Of a stretch of 64,000 nucleotides of DNA, positions 10,119-19,747 are shown one piece after another. Numbering within the stretch: position 1 is the stretch's first letter; every line of letters begins with the position of its first letter. The DNA lies in assembly GCA_964403585.1 (NCBI GenBank), contig CAYOFQ010000001.1, positions 443,364-507,363 of the forward strand, written 5' to 3'. A program made the translations under genes and the position numbers. The notes below the pieces were generated by a model. That model saw only the letters and a list, made by a program, of their open reading frames with translations, was not told the origin of the DNA and searched no databases. The stretch is from an uncultured Gammaproteobacteria bacterium (GTDB lineage Bacteria > Patescibacteriota > Microgenomatia > JALYQM01).

Positions 10119-10799
10119 ATGCAACCTGCCAATAACCAGCGCTACACCTTATCGCTTACCACGGTCATACTGATCTTTGTTATCTTTTTCGTCGGCTTTG
10201 TCGGTAGTATTGTCTATGCCGGTTATTATTATCTCTGGCCGAAAGTACTGCAGCTCCGCCAGCAAGCACTGCAAAATCAGCAGGTTACTCCATCCAGTAC
10301 AGCTGACCCTCAGGAACTGGAGCGCGTGCGCAAAAAACAAGCCTTTACTGAGGCCAATAAAAAAATTAACGAACAATGGGAGGCCGAACAATACCGTGAA
10401 GCAACCATCAGTGCCAAATTTTTATTGGAGAATGCTACCAGCAGCGAAGAAATTGCCAATGCACATACCTGGAACGGATATGTATTAACAAAACTGAATA
10501 AACCAAAGGATGCGGAAGCGGAATTTAAAAAGGCTATTGAGCTGAATTCCGAATATACGGAAGCGTATCAGGGGCTCGACCAGATTTACTACAATCGAAA
10601 AGATTACAAGAGTATGTTGGCTAATGCCGATAAAGTACTCAGTTATAATCCAAATAGCAGTACTTTTCATAATGAACGTGGTGTCGCTCTTGATGGTCTC
10701 GGTAGATACAATGAAGCACAGACTGCGTATCGCAAGGCCATCGAATTGGATCCGACCAATGAAGTTGCCAGGGATAATTTGCAACGCTCACAAGAATAG
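10119..10799 (+). CDS. TPR-repeat protein with N-terminal TM anchor
   Basis: TM helix then TPR-like repeats (…AEFKKAIELNSEYTEAYQGL… …AYRKAIELDPTNEVA…). Confidence 0.6.
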   Translation: MQPANNQRYTLSLTTVILIFVIFFVGFVGSIVYAGYYYLWPKVLQLRQQALQNQQVTPSSTADPQELERVRKKQAFTEANKKINEQWEAEQYREATISAKFLLENATSSEEIANAHTWNGYVLTKLNKPKDAEAEFKKAIELNSEYTEAYQGLDQIYYNRKDYKSMLANADKVLSYNPNSSTFHNERGVALDGLGRYNEAQTAYRKAIELDPTNEVARDNLQRSQE

Positions 10800-10803
10800 C
10801 AGT

Positions 10804-11688
10804 TTATTGAGTGCCCAGAGATTCTCTCAAATGCTTTCCCAGGAGCGGATCGTTATAATGTTCACTAACAAAATCAGTTATATAATGACGGTTTTCAATT
10901 TCTTCAATCGTACCTTCACCGGTTATATACCCGAGTTTATGAAGTTCCTTGGGCGCATAGCCGGGAAGAAGATAGGCAATATTCCATGGTATAGTACCGG
11001 GCTTAACTTCGTTGGCACTTTTTGCCAATTCATTCGTACAGTTGCTTGAAAACGAATTGTAAAAGCGGGGGTGAGTTTCTAGTTTTTGCGCACGCTGTGC
11101 CAGTTGCAGGAATAGCCGTTGAGAAGCTTCCGCTGAAAGTACCAAAGGAAACATATACACCCGATCCTTGCTTATTTTAGTCCTCCGAATAAGCGAATCA
11201 CGTTCCGATGCCCATACGTACATCAGTTCAAAATTATTGAATAGTCCACCCACAATATCATATTTTTCCCCTTTCTCACGTCGCGCTTCGACCGAGACCG
11301 TAATAGGTTCGGAATCTTTCATATCAAACATAAAGTGAGTATGTGCAATACCGTCTAGTCCATGAAAACCGTTAAACTTGGATACCAGAAACCACACTCG
11401 GGTTATATTTTTCGCATCATAGGATTTATTGAAGTAATTTTGTTTAAATTCAGTGCCATGTATATATTCCTGATCACGAACGTTAGCAATACTAACTGTA
11501 CTATCTGAAATGGTGAAATGCGGAAGGGTTTGAAAGCCTACCTCCCAGTTTCGTTCATTGCTTGGCTGTTTCACAGCAAATATATAAATTAAAATGACGC
11601 CAATAGTTAAAAGAATAATAAAAGTTGCTCGTTTAATCATAAAAAAGAAAGTAAGAGTACTGCTATAATAATATAAGGTATCCTTCAA
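10804..11688 (-). CDS. Conserved hypothetical membrane-anchored protein (possible DUF4105-like)
   Basis: N-terminal TM; conserved-looking YNSFSSNCTNEL motif; family assignment from memory only. Confidence 0.3.
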   Translation of the reverse strand: MKDTLYYYSSTLTFFFMIKRATFIILLTIGVILIYIFAVKQPSNERNWEVGFQTLPHFTISDSTVSIANVRDQEYIHGTEFKQNYFNKSYDAKNITRVWFLVSKFNGFHGLDGIAHTHFMFDMKDSEPITVSVEARREKGEKYDIVGGLFNNFELMYVWASERDSLIRRTKISKDRVYMFPLVLSAEASQRLFLQLAQRAQKLETHPRFYNSFSSNCTNELAKSANEVKPGTIPWNIAYLLPGYAPKELHKLGYITGEGTIEEIENRHYITDFVSEHYNDPLLGKHLRESLGTQ

Positions 11689-11691
11689 AGT

Positions 11692-12128
11692 ATGAATAAC
11701 CTCTTTCTGAAATCCACTCAGATAAACACACTACTCGGTTCCATGCTCGCAATTGCTGACGAGAATGCGCTGTATCTTCTCGAATTTCTTGATCGTCGGG
11801 GACTGGATAAAGAAGTGAAAAAGTTAGCTACATATGCAACAATAGAATCGGGGGTAACATCAATACACGAATTAATTCAAATAGAGTTATCAGCGTATTT
11901 CGCTGGAAAATCCCGATTGGCGAAACAGTTTCCTACGCTGCACTGGCTAGTAACCTCGCGATGCCAACTGCGTTTCGCGCGGTAGCCTCCGCCAATGGCT
12001 GCAATCAGTTAGCCATTGTCATACCTTGTCATCGGGTGATCAATTCCAACGGTACTCTGGGCGGCTATTCAGGAGGATTAAGTCGTAAAAAATGGCTTCT
12101 TAATCATGAGAGATTTGGAAATGAAAAC
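11692..12128 (+). pseudogene. ogt: Methylated-DNA-protein-cysteine methyltransferase (ogt) disrupted by internal deletion/frameshift
   Basis: Frame A ends …IQIELSAYFAGK… then stops at 11985; an overlapping frame continues KIPIGETVSYAALASNLAMPTAFRAVASANGCNQLAIVIPCHRVINSNGTLGGYSGG (PCHRV active site); the ~25 aa GTPFQ..VW segment between YFAG and IPYGE is missing. Confidence 0.6.
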
Positions 12129-12600
12129 ATATATGAATAAAAATACCTCAGTACATCCTATTCTTCAGTTCCTAGCAGGAATCCTATTCTGCGAGTTAGT
12201 AGGCAATATACCGACACCGCTGACAATTTCCGCTATAGATAATTGGTACGCAACTTTGAACAAACCATTCTTTAATCCACCAAATTGGTTATTTGGCCCA
12301 GTGTGGACAGTATTATTCCTGCTGATGGGTATATCGCTTACTATCGTCTGGCAAAAAAGAGGCGACCTCCGGTGGTTCTGGATTCAGTTAGCACTAAATG
12401 TCGTATGGTCACTGATTTTTTTCGGATTACAAAATCCTGGGATGGCACTAATTGAAATCCTCACCATGTGGCTGACTATCATCATGACCATTCGTTCTTT
12501 CCGGAAACTATCGCGAATCGCCGCATATTTACTTTTGCCATACTTAGGATGGGTCACATTTGCTGCGTTACTCAATGCCGCTATCTGGTGGCTCAATTAG
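12106..12600 (+). CDS. tspO: TspO/MBR tryptophan-rich sensory protein
   Basis: …NPPNWLFGPVWTVLFLLMG… …LALNVVWSLIFFG… five TM helices, Trp-rich. Confidence 0.8.
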   Translation: MRDLEMKTYMNKNTSVHPILQFLAGILFCELVGNIPTPLTISAIDNWYATLNKPFFNPPNWLFGPVWTVLFLLMGISLTIVWQKRGDLRWFWIQLALNVVWSLIFFGLQNPGMALIEILTMWLTIIMTIRSFRKLSRIAAYLLLPYLGWVTFAALLNAAIWWLN

Positions 12601-12655
12601 TTTAGTATTGTCGGTTTTCCTGTACAAGAAGCCATTCGCAGTGTAAAATGCGCCA

Positions 12656-13996
12656 ATGAACGAAGTAGATATCTCAGTCAGGCTTATTGTAGCGTTGGCG
12701 CTCGGTGCCGCTATTGGGCTTGAACGGGAGGTAAATGCCAAAGATTCCTTGGATGAGAATATGAATTTCACTGCCACGCTCGGTCTTAGAACCTTCGCCA
12801 TTACCGCCATCCTTGGAAGTATTGCCGGATTATTAGCGCCGCATTTTATAGCCTTATCGGCAGTATTGACCGGCGGCTTTATAATTCTTCTCCAGCTATA
12901 TTATTTTCTGAGTCATAGTAAAACAAAAGAATTCGGGATAACGACTGAGCTATCCCTGCTTTTCAGTTTCACCATAGGGTTACTTACTGTGTTAAATGTA
13001 CTCCCGATTGAACTGAGTGTGGCCATGACTGCTGTCGCCATAGTGCTTTTATCCAGGAAAGAAAAAATCAAACGAGTCTCACGTACTATTAAGGGGCACG
13101 AGTTAAATGCCTTTACCGCATTTGCCATAATTGCCTTGGTGATTTTGCCATTTTTACCTGATACATCCTTTACTATTTCAAACATTCCTATTCTTAAGAG
13201 CATTGCTGATTCGTTTGGAGCAGGGGATTCTTTTTTAACACAAATTGAGCTCATTAATCCCTTTAAATTATGGTTGATCGTTGCTCTGATTACCGGCATC
13301 GATGTGATCGGGTATATCTTGGAGCGAACACTCGGAAAGAGTAAAGGCTACCTGATGGCCAGCATTGCCGGTGGGTTCATTTCTTCAACCGCAACGACCC
13401 AATCCCTCGCACAGGAAAGTCAGCACACCAGAGGAACCAACACCCTGGTAGGTGCAGCTTTATTTGCTAACATGGCCAGTTTCATTCCTGTTATTGCCCT
13501 GGTGGCTCCTATCAATGCCGCTTTCTTTATCAGGATTTTACCGACTATTTTAATACTGATCATCGCATCCGGATTAATAGGATTTTACTTCATTAGAAAA
13601 GGTGATGGGAAACACAAGCATGATACAGAAAAAACTACTCATGAAACGCAAATCTTCAATTTAGTACCGGCGCTAAAGTTCGCCGGATTCTTTCTGGTCA
13701 TTCGCTTCGTGGCGAAAGTCGCCACCGAATTATTTGGCCGGGCCGGGTTCCTTACCGCTTCGGCTATTGCCGCAACAACCGGAATTGATGCCGCCGTTAT
13801 TTCGACTGCCGAGCTTACCGGCACCACCATCGATATTCATACAGGTGTACTTGCCTTTATCCTTATTAACGCGGTAAATCTTTTGAGCAAAACAGTGTAC
13901 AGTTTTATGCAGGGAACACGGGAGTTTTCTGTGAAGTTAGGCATAAGCATGATCATAATAATTGCTGCAAGTATGATTGGCTTGCTGTTCGTATAG
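12656..13996 (+). CDS. MgtC/SapB family membrane protein with DUF4010-type C-terminal domain
   Basis: N-terminal RLIVALALGAAIGLEREV MgtC signature followed by long polytopic region. Confidence 0.7.
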   Translation: MNEVDISVRLIVALALGAAIGLEREVNAKDSLDENMNFTATLGLRTFAITAILGSIAGLLAPHFIALSAVLTGGFIILLQLYYFLSHSKTKEFGITTELSLLFSFTIGLLTVLNVLPIELSVAMTAVAIVLLSRKEKIKRVSRTIKGHELNAFTAFAIIALVILPFLPDTSFTISNIPILKSIADSFGAGDSFLTQIELINPFKLWLIVALITGIDVIGYILERTLGKSKGYLMASIAGGFISSTATTQSLAQESQHTRGTNTLVGAALFANMASFIPVIALVAPINAAFFIRILPTILILIIASGLIGFYFIRKGDGKHKHDTEKTTHETQIFNLVPALKFAGFFLVIRFVAKVATELFGRAGFLTASAIAATTGIDAAVISTAELTGTTIDIHTGVLAFILINAVNLLSKTVYSFMQGTREFSVKLGISMIIIIAASMIGLLFV

Positions 13997-14008
13997 TATA
14001 ATACTCGT

Positions 14009-14419
14009 ATGTCAGAATTTCACGGCGCCATGGCTATTATTTCGCGAATAAATCTCCAGGGAGAAAAAGAGTATTTACTAGTTTCAACCCATGAAGACCG
14101 GGGAGAGCATACCGGGAAATATTATCCTCCCGGAGGAGGCATTGAGGTTAACGAAACCGAAGAACAGGCCTTAGCAAGGGAATTATGGGAAGAATTGAAA
14201 GTAACGGGCAGACCGGTACACAAAATCGCCAGTATCAAAGGAGATATGGACGGACTGATTCTCCATTTCTGGGAGTATGAATTAAATACCCATGTTATTG
14301 AACTTAAAGTTAATGAACTGGTACATGCCGGCTGGTTCACCGTAAATCAAATGAAAAATCTGCGACTCTATCCGGCCAGCCTAAGAATCTTCAGAGAATT
14401 CTTAGGAGTAGATATCTAA
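14009..14419 (+). CDS. Nudix hydrolase
   Basis: PPGGGIEVNETEEQALARELWEELKV Nudix box. Confidence 0.75.
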   Translation: MSEFHGAMAIISRINLQGEKEYLLVSTHEDRGEHTGKYYPPGGGIEVNETEEQALARELWEELKVTGRPVHKIASIKGDMDGLILHFWEYELNTHVIELKVNELVHAGWFTVNQMKNLRLYPASLRIFREFLGVDI

Positions 14420-14420
14420 A

Positions 14421-15254
14421 TTACTCGGTAAACCGGATCAGAAAAGAGCTTACTGTTATCGTTACTGCTCCGATGATCGTAGGTACGGTAATTGGATCCT
14501 GAAAAAAGACTACGCCAAAAATAAACGAACTGATAATCTCCGTGTATGCCAGAAATGAAGCTGTTGATGCTTTAAGCCGCTTGAGTCCGGAGAAAAAGAG
14601 ATAAAAGCCGATTGCACCAATAAGTATCGCATAAAATGAAAGCACACCACTCTGTTGTATTGAGGGTGGAGGGTTACTAAACAAAAAAGGCAGGAATAAA
14701 AACGCTCCTACAACATTCTGGTAAAAAACCGTCTCACCAACCGGTGATTTTTGTAACTGTTTTTTAAACAGCGGCACTGTTGCCGCATATAAAGCTGCTG
14801 CCAACAGTGAGGCCAGCATTCCTTTCACATCATTACTCTCAAAATGAAATGATTTATTCGAAAACATCAGTACGATACCGACAAACGCAATACCGATAAT
14901 CAGCAATTTTTTATATGTTAACCGTTCCCGAAGATAAATCGCGCTAAAAAGTGTTGTAAATAGCGGCCAGGTATAGAGCATGGTGACGGCATTACCTATT
15001 GAAGTCAAAGAATACCCGAGAAAATATAAATACAGGCGCAATCCGTTAATAGATGAAGCTATCAGGAGTGTTTTGTTCAGGCGGCGCCATAAGTTCCGCC
15101 GCTTCACTGTATAGTAAACAAAAAAGAGCAGTGTCGGGACCATTAACCGGAAAAAAGTTATGGTTGTGGAAGGAACATTGAGCCATTTTACAAAGAGCCC
15201 GGCCGTTCCCCAAATAATCCCCGCGATGATAATCTCCACATACGGGTTGAGCAT
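14421..15254 (-). CDS. EamA/DMT-family transporter
   Basis: 277 aa, ~10 TM, two EamA-like halves. Confidence 0.6.
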   Translation of the reverse strand: MLNPYVEIIIAGIIWGTAGLFVKWLNVPSTTITFFRLMVPTLLFFVYYTVKRRNLWRRLNKTLLIASSINGLRLYLYFLGYSLTSIGNAVTMLYTWPLFTTLFSAIYLRERLTYKKLLIIGIAFVGIVLMFSNKSFHFESNDVKGMLASLLAAALYAATVPLFKKQLQKSPVGETVFYQNVVGAFLFLPFLFSNPPPSIQQSGVLSFYAILIGAIGFYLFFSGLKRLKASTASFLAYTEIISSFIFGVVFFQDPITVPTIIGAVTITVSSFLIRFTE

Positions 15255-15317
15255 CTGATAACTATAGCATTAATAAAGTCCAAGAAAAATGATATAAACA
15301 GAGCAAGGAGTTTTAGT

Positions 15318-15818
15318 ATGCAACAAACATCTCACGATAGCGAAACACCCGCACACGGACAGCAGGTTATAACTGCCTGTGCATTTATACACCATAATTT
15401 TGACGGTATCGAAAAAGTTTTTTTACCGAAGCGGGCTGCCGGCAAAAAATTCCTGCCCGGAGTCTACGAGCTCCCCGGTGGACACATCGATTTCGGTGAA
15501 GATATTATCTCCGGTTTGAAACGTGAGATCAAAGAAGAGTTTGCTATGGGGGTAACGATCGGCGATCCTTTTGGCGTATTTACTTACACAAATGAGGTAA
15601 AAGGATCACATTCCATTGAAGTAATCTATTTTGCTTCCTTCACCGATCCGATTGAAAATATTCGGCTTAATCCCGAAGATCATTCGGAATTTGGCTGGTT
15701 CAGGGAAGATGACCTAACCAAAATGCTGTCTGAAAACAAACAGGAAAGTGACCCGGAATTTGTAATTATCAGAAAAGGCTTTGCGTTATTACAGCACAAC
15801 AGCCCCGACTTTGGATGA
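15318..15818 (+). CDS. Nudix hydrolase
   Basis: LPGGHIDFGEDIISGLKREIKEEFAM Nudix box. Confidence 0.75.
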   Translation: MQQTSHDSETPAHGQQVITACAFIHHNFDGIEKVFLPKRAAGKKFLPGVYELPGGHIDFGEDIISGLKREIKEEFAMGVTIGDPFGVFTYTNEVKGSHSIEVIYFASFTDPIENIRLNPEDHSEFGWFREDDLTKMLSENKQESDPEFVIIRKGFALLQHNSPDFG

Positions 15819-15833
15819 ATAAGCCGGCTAGAC

Positions 15834-16121
15834 TTATTTTGGTAAGCTGAAGTAAAAAACCGAACCTTTACCTTTCTCACTCTCAACCCAAATACGACCG
15901 TTATGGCGTAGCACTATTTCTTTGGCGATATATAAGCCCAGACCTAAACCCGGGTACGTTTTGGCTTTTGGATCGTTAACCTGATACAGCCGTTCAAAAA
16001 CCCGGTCTACTTTATCGTGCTCTATGCCGATACCAAAGTCTTTAACAGCAACCGTAATTTCAGAACCCGCATTACTGAGCGAAATAATAATCTTCTCGGT
16101 ACTGGGAGAATACTTAATGGC
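15834..16121 (-). pseudogene. 3' remnant of a sensor histidine kinase (HATPase_c domain only)
   Basis: Minus-strand frame reads …SNAGSEITVAVKDFGIGIEHDKVDRVFERLYQVNDPKAKTYPGLGLGLYIAKEIVLRHNGRIWVESEKGKGSVFYFSLPK* (G1 DxGxG and G2 GLGLGL boxes); no start codon, in-frame stop at 16122-16124; sensor and HisKA parts absent. Confidence 0.7.
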
Positions 16122-16321
16122 TTAACCGAACTTATCTTATTCAGCTTAATTTTATAGCCTGAATCACTGGCATTCGCTAATTCTCCTCGTATAGATTCCT
16201 CAGTAATGGAAGCGGTGGCAAAATCGACAGTTTGTGTAGCTTGACGATCAGCCGTGCAACCAACCAAGAAGAGTATTAATATAGGCACAAAAAGTGCTTT
16301 TTTAAGTATCTGAATTAACAT
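16022..16321 (-). CDS. Small lipoprotein-like ORF (uncertain; overlaps HK remnant in another frame)
   Basis: Signal peptide plus lipobox LFLVGC; the C-terminal half overlaps the histidine-kinase remnant, so it may be spurious or chimeric. Confidence 0.25.
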   Translation of the reverse strand: MLIQILKKALFVPILILFLVGCTADRQATQTVDFATASITEESIRGELANASDSGYKIKLNKISSVKPLSILPVPRRLLFRSVMRVLKLRLLLKTLVSA

Positions 16322-16444
16322 ATACTATCCTTTTTAAATAACTATAGGTTAATATATATTTTATACTATATATAAGGGATTATCAAGAGTAAATGTTAAG
16401 GATAATATGTTGTAGAAAACTGTAGAAAAATCCATAAATAAGCC

Positions 16445-16669
16445 ATGCTTTCAAGAACTAAGTTCATGGAAATAATGGGAAATAACATCAAAAGCGTACG
16501 TACAAAGAAGCGTATTTCTCAAGAAGAACTTTCAGCACAATGTGGGTTCTCTCGGACCTATATCAATCTCATCGAATCTGCCAAACTTACCCCATCCTGT
16601 TACAACGTATATCGTATTGCTAAGGCTCTCAATATCACAGTTGATGAGCTTTATCCGTCTACTGTCTAA
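16445..16669 (+). CDS. XRE-family HTH transcriptional regulator
   Basis: …ISQEELSAQCGFSRTYINLIESAKLTPSCYNVYRIAKALNITVDELY (HTH_3). Confidence 0.75.
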   Translation: MLSRTKFMEIMGNNIKSVRTKKRISQEELSAQCGFSRTYINLIESAKLTPSCYNVYRIAKALNITVDELYPSTV

Positions 16670-16703
16670 TCCTTGATATAATACAGCGAGAATTGAACGA
16701 AAA

Positions 16704-17072
16704 ATGAATAATTCGAACTTAAAACCATTCACAGTTAGGGATGATCCTCGAAGGCTTAATGGAAGACCAAAAGGAGCAAAAAACCTAAAAACAATCATTC
16801 GAGAGTTAGAGAATGAAGAGTTTGATTGGAATAAAATCCCGCAGCAGAGTAAAGGATTTAGTCACTATCTAAAAAGAGTTGGCTCTCCTTGGCGAGCCAT
16901 AGTAATGCGAGCAATGCTTGATGCCATTAACGGCAACAAAGATGCAAGAGAATGGCTTACAAAAATAGCTTTAGACGATAAAAGTCAAACCGAAATTGAA
17001 ACTCGAGAACCGATTATTATGAGCAATATTGAACCTAGATTCAATAACCTTAGCTGCCCAGATATCGATTAG
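16704..17072 (+). CDS. Hypothetical phage/island protein (GRPKGAKN motif)
   Basis: 122 aa; RRLNGRPKGAKN motif reminiscent of small phage DNA-binding proteins; no firm family. Confidence 0.4.
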   Translation: MNNSNLKPFTVRDDPRRLNGRPKGAKNLKTIIRELENEEFDWNKIPQQSKGFSHYLKRVGSPWRAIVMRAMLDAINGNKDAREWLTKIALDDKSQTEIETREPIIMSNIEPRFNNLSCPDID

Positions 17073-17074
17073 TT

Positions 17075-17821
17075 ATGACTATTCACTTTATCTACAAGAA
17101 AACAACCAAGTGGGGAATCATAACCGAACTCAGATATATAAATAGCTATGGCGAAATTTATGAAATTGATAAACATGCAATCGAAAAAGTAACATTTAAT
17201 TTTTTAAAAGCATTAATTAAAAATAAAAATTTCGTTCAGGAAATACGTAATATAAGAAAAAACTCAGCTATTCCGTTGGACGGATACGATATTTTAAATA
17301 AGCAAAATAACCCTGATGATAATAGGCCAGGCAAGTGGATCTCGGAATTAAGAAAAAAGATTGACGACAAACTTGTTTTAAAGCTAAAAAAAGACTATAG
17401 AATACCAAACATGTTATATTCTACTTTAAAGGATATAATTTTAATGAATATTGTCCACTTACCTCTTCCTAAAATAGCGTTAGATGTTCCATATATCGGT
17501 TATGAAAATGTTAATCCTGATGCAATAAAAATAGTCATTAATACAAAAGTTGATCCTAAAACATTACATAGATTTATAGATGACAATTGGGAGGATATAG
17601 AGCAAGCGCTTAATAAGGAAGAAAGTAGTGAGATTAAAATCTCTGATAAAGCTCTAAAAATTCTCGAAATGAAGGATAAGGGATTAACGTATACGCAAAT
17701 AATGGATAAATTAAACGAATCTGGACAAGGAGAATATTACGACTCTGGATCAGTTAAACAATTGAACTTTAGAACTAACAAGCAAATTAACTCTCTCTCT
17801 AGTAACAAAAAAAAGCGGTAA
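17075..17821 (+). CDS. Hypothetical Lys-rich island protein with C-terminal HTH-like segment
   Basis: Very AT-rich coding; C-terminal …ISDKALKILEMKDKGLTYTQIMDKLNE… resembles resolvase/sigma-type HTH. Confidence 0.4.
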   Translation: MTIHFIYKKTTKWGIITELRYINSYGEIYEIDKHAIEKVTFNFLKALIKNKNFVQEIRNIRKNSAIPLDGYDILNKQNNPDDNRPGKWISELRKKIDDKLVLKLKKDYRIPNMLYSTLKDIILMNIVHLPLPKIALDVPYIGYENVNPDAIKIVINTKVDPKTLHRFIDDNWEDIEQALNKEESSEIKISDKALKILEMKDKGLTYTQIMDKLNESGQGEYYDSGSVKQLNFRTNKQINSLSSNKKKR

Positions 17822-18069
17822 CATTTGTTACACCAACATAAATTACTCCCTTTAAACTTATTCTCAGGTAATGTGTACTGGAATGACAACCCAGCAAGCA
17901 AAAGAATTACTTAACAAAACGGGCGTTACACTTGATGACGAAGAAATAGAAAAAATCATCATTTGTTTCAATCAAATTATTGAAATTGGATTCGAATTGT
18001 ATGAAGCGCAACAAGTTGAAAAAGAATGATTATCTTGTAAATTTCATACCCTCGCTTGATAATGATGCC

Positions 18070-19653
18070 ATGAAAAAATACGCTATTGCGTACATACGAG
18101 TAAGCTCCGAAGAGCAAATCACTAACTTTAGTTTAGAAAATCAAAAAGAGTACTGTGTAAAAGAGGCTCATCGGCAAGGCTTCGAAATAGTGGAAATATT
18201 TAGAGAAGAAGGTGTAAGCGCAAAAGATCTAAATCGTCCTCAAATGATTCGTTTATTTGAATATTGCAGAAAATACAAGGGTAAAATTTCAACATTATTT
18301 ATTTACAAAATCGATCGAATTTCTCGTAATACTTTAGACTTCCTTTCTTTAAAGAAAAGATTAGCGGGATACGGAATAAGGGTCATCCCTGTTACCGAAC
18401 AAACCGAAGATAATCCGGCAGGTGAATTTATAGAAACTATGTTAGCAGCTAATGCCACTATGGATAATGCGACGAAAAGTATTCGTACATTAGATGGTAT
18501 GAAGAAGCGGGTCGAATCTGGATATGCTTTAGGCAGACCTAGAGTAGGTTATATTGTTTCAAATATAGAAGGTGACAAAGCTCATAATCCAGACCCTGAA
18601 CAATTTCATCTAGTTAAAAAGGCATGGATAGAAATGTCGACTGGAACATATACATTAGAATCCATAATTCCAGTAATGCAAAAACTTGGAATAGTAATAA
18701 AAATTGGAAATAGAAGAATACCTATAACTAGGAACCAACAAACACAAAGAATCTTTAGAGACAAATATTATGCAGGGTATGTGGTAAGTAATAAGTTCAA
18801 GATAAATAAAATTGGCAATCACTCGCCCATGATAAGTGAGGAATTATATTATAAAGTTCAAGGAATTATAGATAGGAGATCTTACTCTGCGGGTGTTAGC
18901 CATAATAAGCAAAACGAAGATTTCCCTTTAAGAGGCGTACTATGCGGTGAGTGCGGTAAACCAATGACAGGATCGTGGAGCCGGGGTAGAAAGAATAGGT
19001 ATGCGTACTATTATTGTGGTCAAGGTAGGCACAAGGCTCCATCAATTCCAAAAGATCAATTTGAGAGCGAGTTTGTCGACTGTTTACTGCAAATTCAACC
19101 CAAGAAAGAGTTTATATCTTTATTTAGTGCAATGCTAAAAGAAAAATGGGAAAGTAGATATCAGTATCTAAAGGACTTAAAAAAAGCTGCTGAAAGAGAA
19201 CTTGATGCATTGTATGAAGCACGGAGGAGACTTGTGGAGAAAAACCTGTCAGGCTTATATTCTGATGAAATTTTTCAAGAACAACTTACACTGATAGAAG
19301 ATCAAATATTAGTTAAAAAGATATCAAAATCTGAAACTGAGTTAGACGAGATTGATATAGATACTATTGTAAATTTTATGAATAATTTCTTAGCAAATAT
19401 TCATAAAGCATGGATCGATGGAAACTTATATCAGAAAAGAGTTCTATTCGGTTCTATATTCCCCAAAAACATTACTTACACAAAAGAAGGATATAGAACC
19501 ACGGAAATAGGGCTTCCATTCAGGTTAATCAGTGAATTGGAAGATACTTCTACCTCGTCGTGGGTCAACTGTTGGACAAACTTCGTACCTCCTTCGTACA
19601 GTATACTAGCCTCTATCCAATACCCTCCTACGCCCCAGTTGTATAACACGTAA
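18070..19653 (+). CDS. Large serine recombinase (integrase)
   Basis: MKKYAIAYIRVSSEEQ catalytic Ser motif, …IYKIDRISRN…, recombinase domain, CGECGKPMTG…YYYCG zinc ribbon, C-terminal coiled coil; the ORF extends upstream to 17980 but the catalytic motif favours the 18070 start. Confidence 0.8.
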   Translation: MKKYAIAYIRVSSEEQITNFSLENQKEYCVKEAHRQGFEIVEIFREEGVSAKDLNRPQMIRLFEYCRKYKGKISTLFIYKIDRISRNTLDFLSLKKRLAGYGIRVIPVTEQTEDNPAGEFIETMLAANATMDNATKSIRTLDGMKKRVESGYALGRPRVGYIVSNIEGDKAHNPDPEQFHLVKKAWIEMSTGTYTLESIIPVMQKLGIVIKIGNRRIPITRNQQTQRIFRDKYYAGYVVSNKFKINKIGNHSPMISEELYYKVQGIIDRRSYSAGVSHNKQNEDFPLRGVLCGECGKPMTGSWSRGRKNRYAYYYCGQGRHKAPSIPKDQFESEFVDCLLQIQPKKEFISLFSAMLKEKWESRYQYLKDLKKAAERELDALYEARRRLVEKNLSGLYSDEIFQEQLTLIEDQILVKKISKSETELDEIDIDTIVNFMNNFLANIHKAWIDGNLYQKRVLFGSIFPKNITYTKEGYRTTEIGLPFRLISELEDTSTSSWVNCWTNFVPPSYSILASIQYPPTPQLYNT

Positions 19654-19747
19654 TGCGCTCTCCTGCACAAAAGGGTTAAAGCGGGTGACAATGGATATAT
19701 CAGAAACGCCCTTGTTTGTTGATGCTTTACATAGTATTACAGAGTAA

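Noticed and set aside
16022-16321. 99-aa lipoprotein-like ORF as a bona fide gene
   Set aside because: Its C-terminal half is the out-of-frame overlap of the histidine-kinase remnant; kept only as a low-confidence feature.
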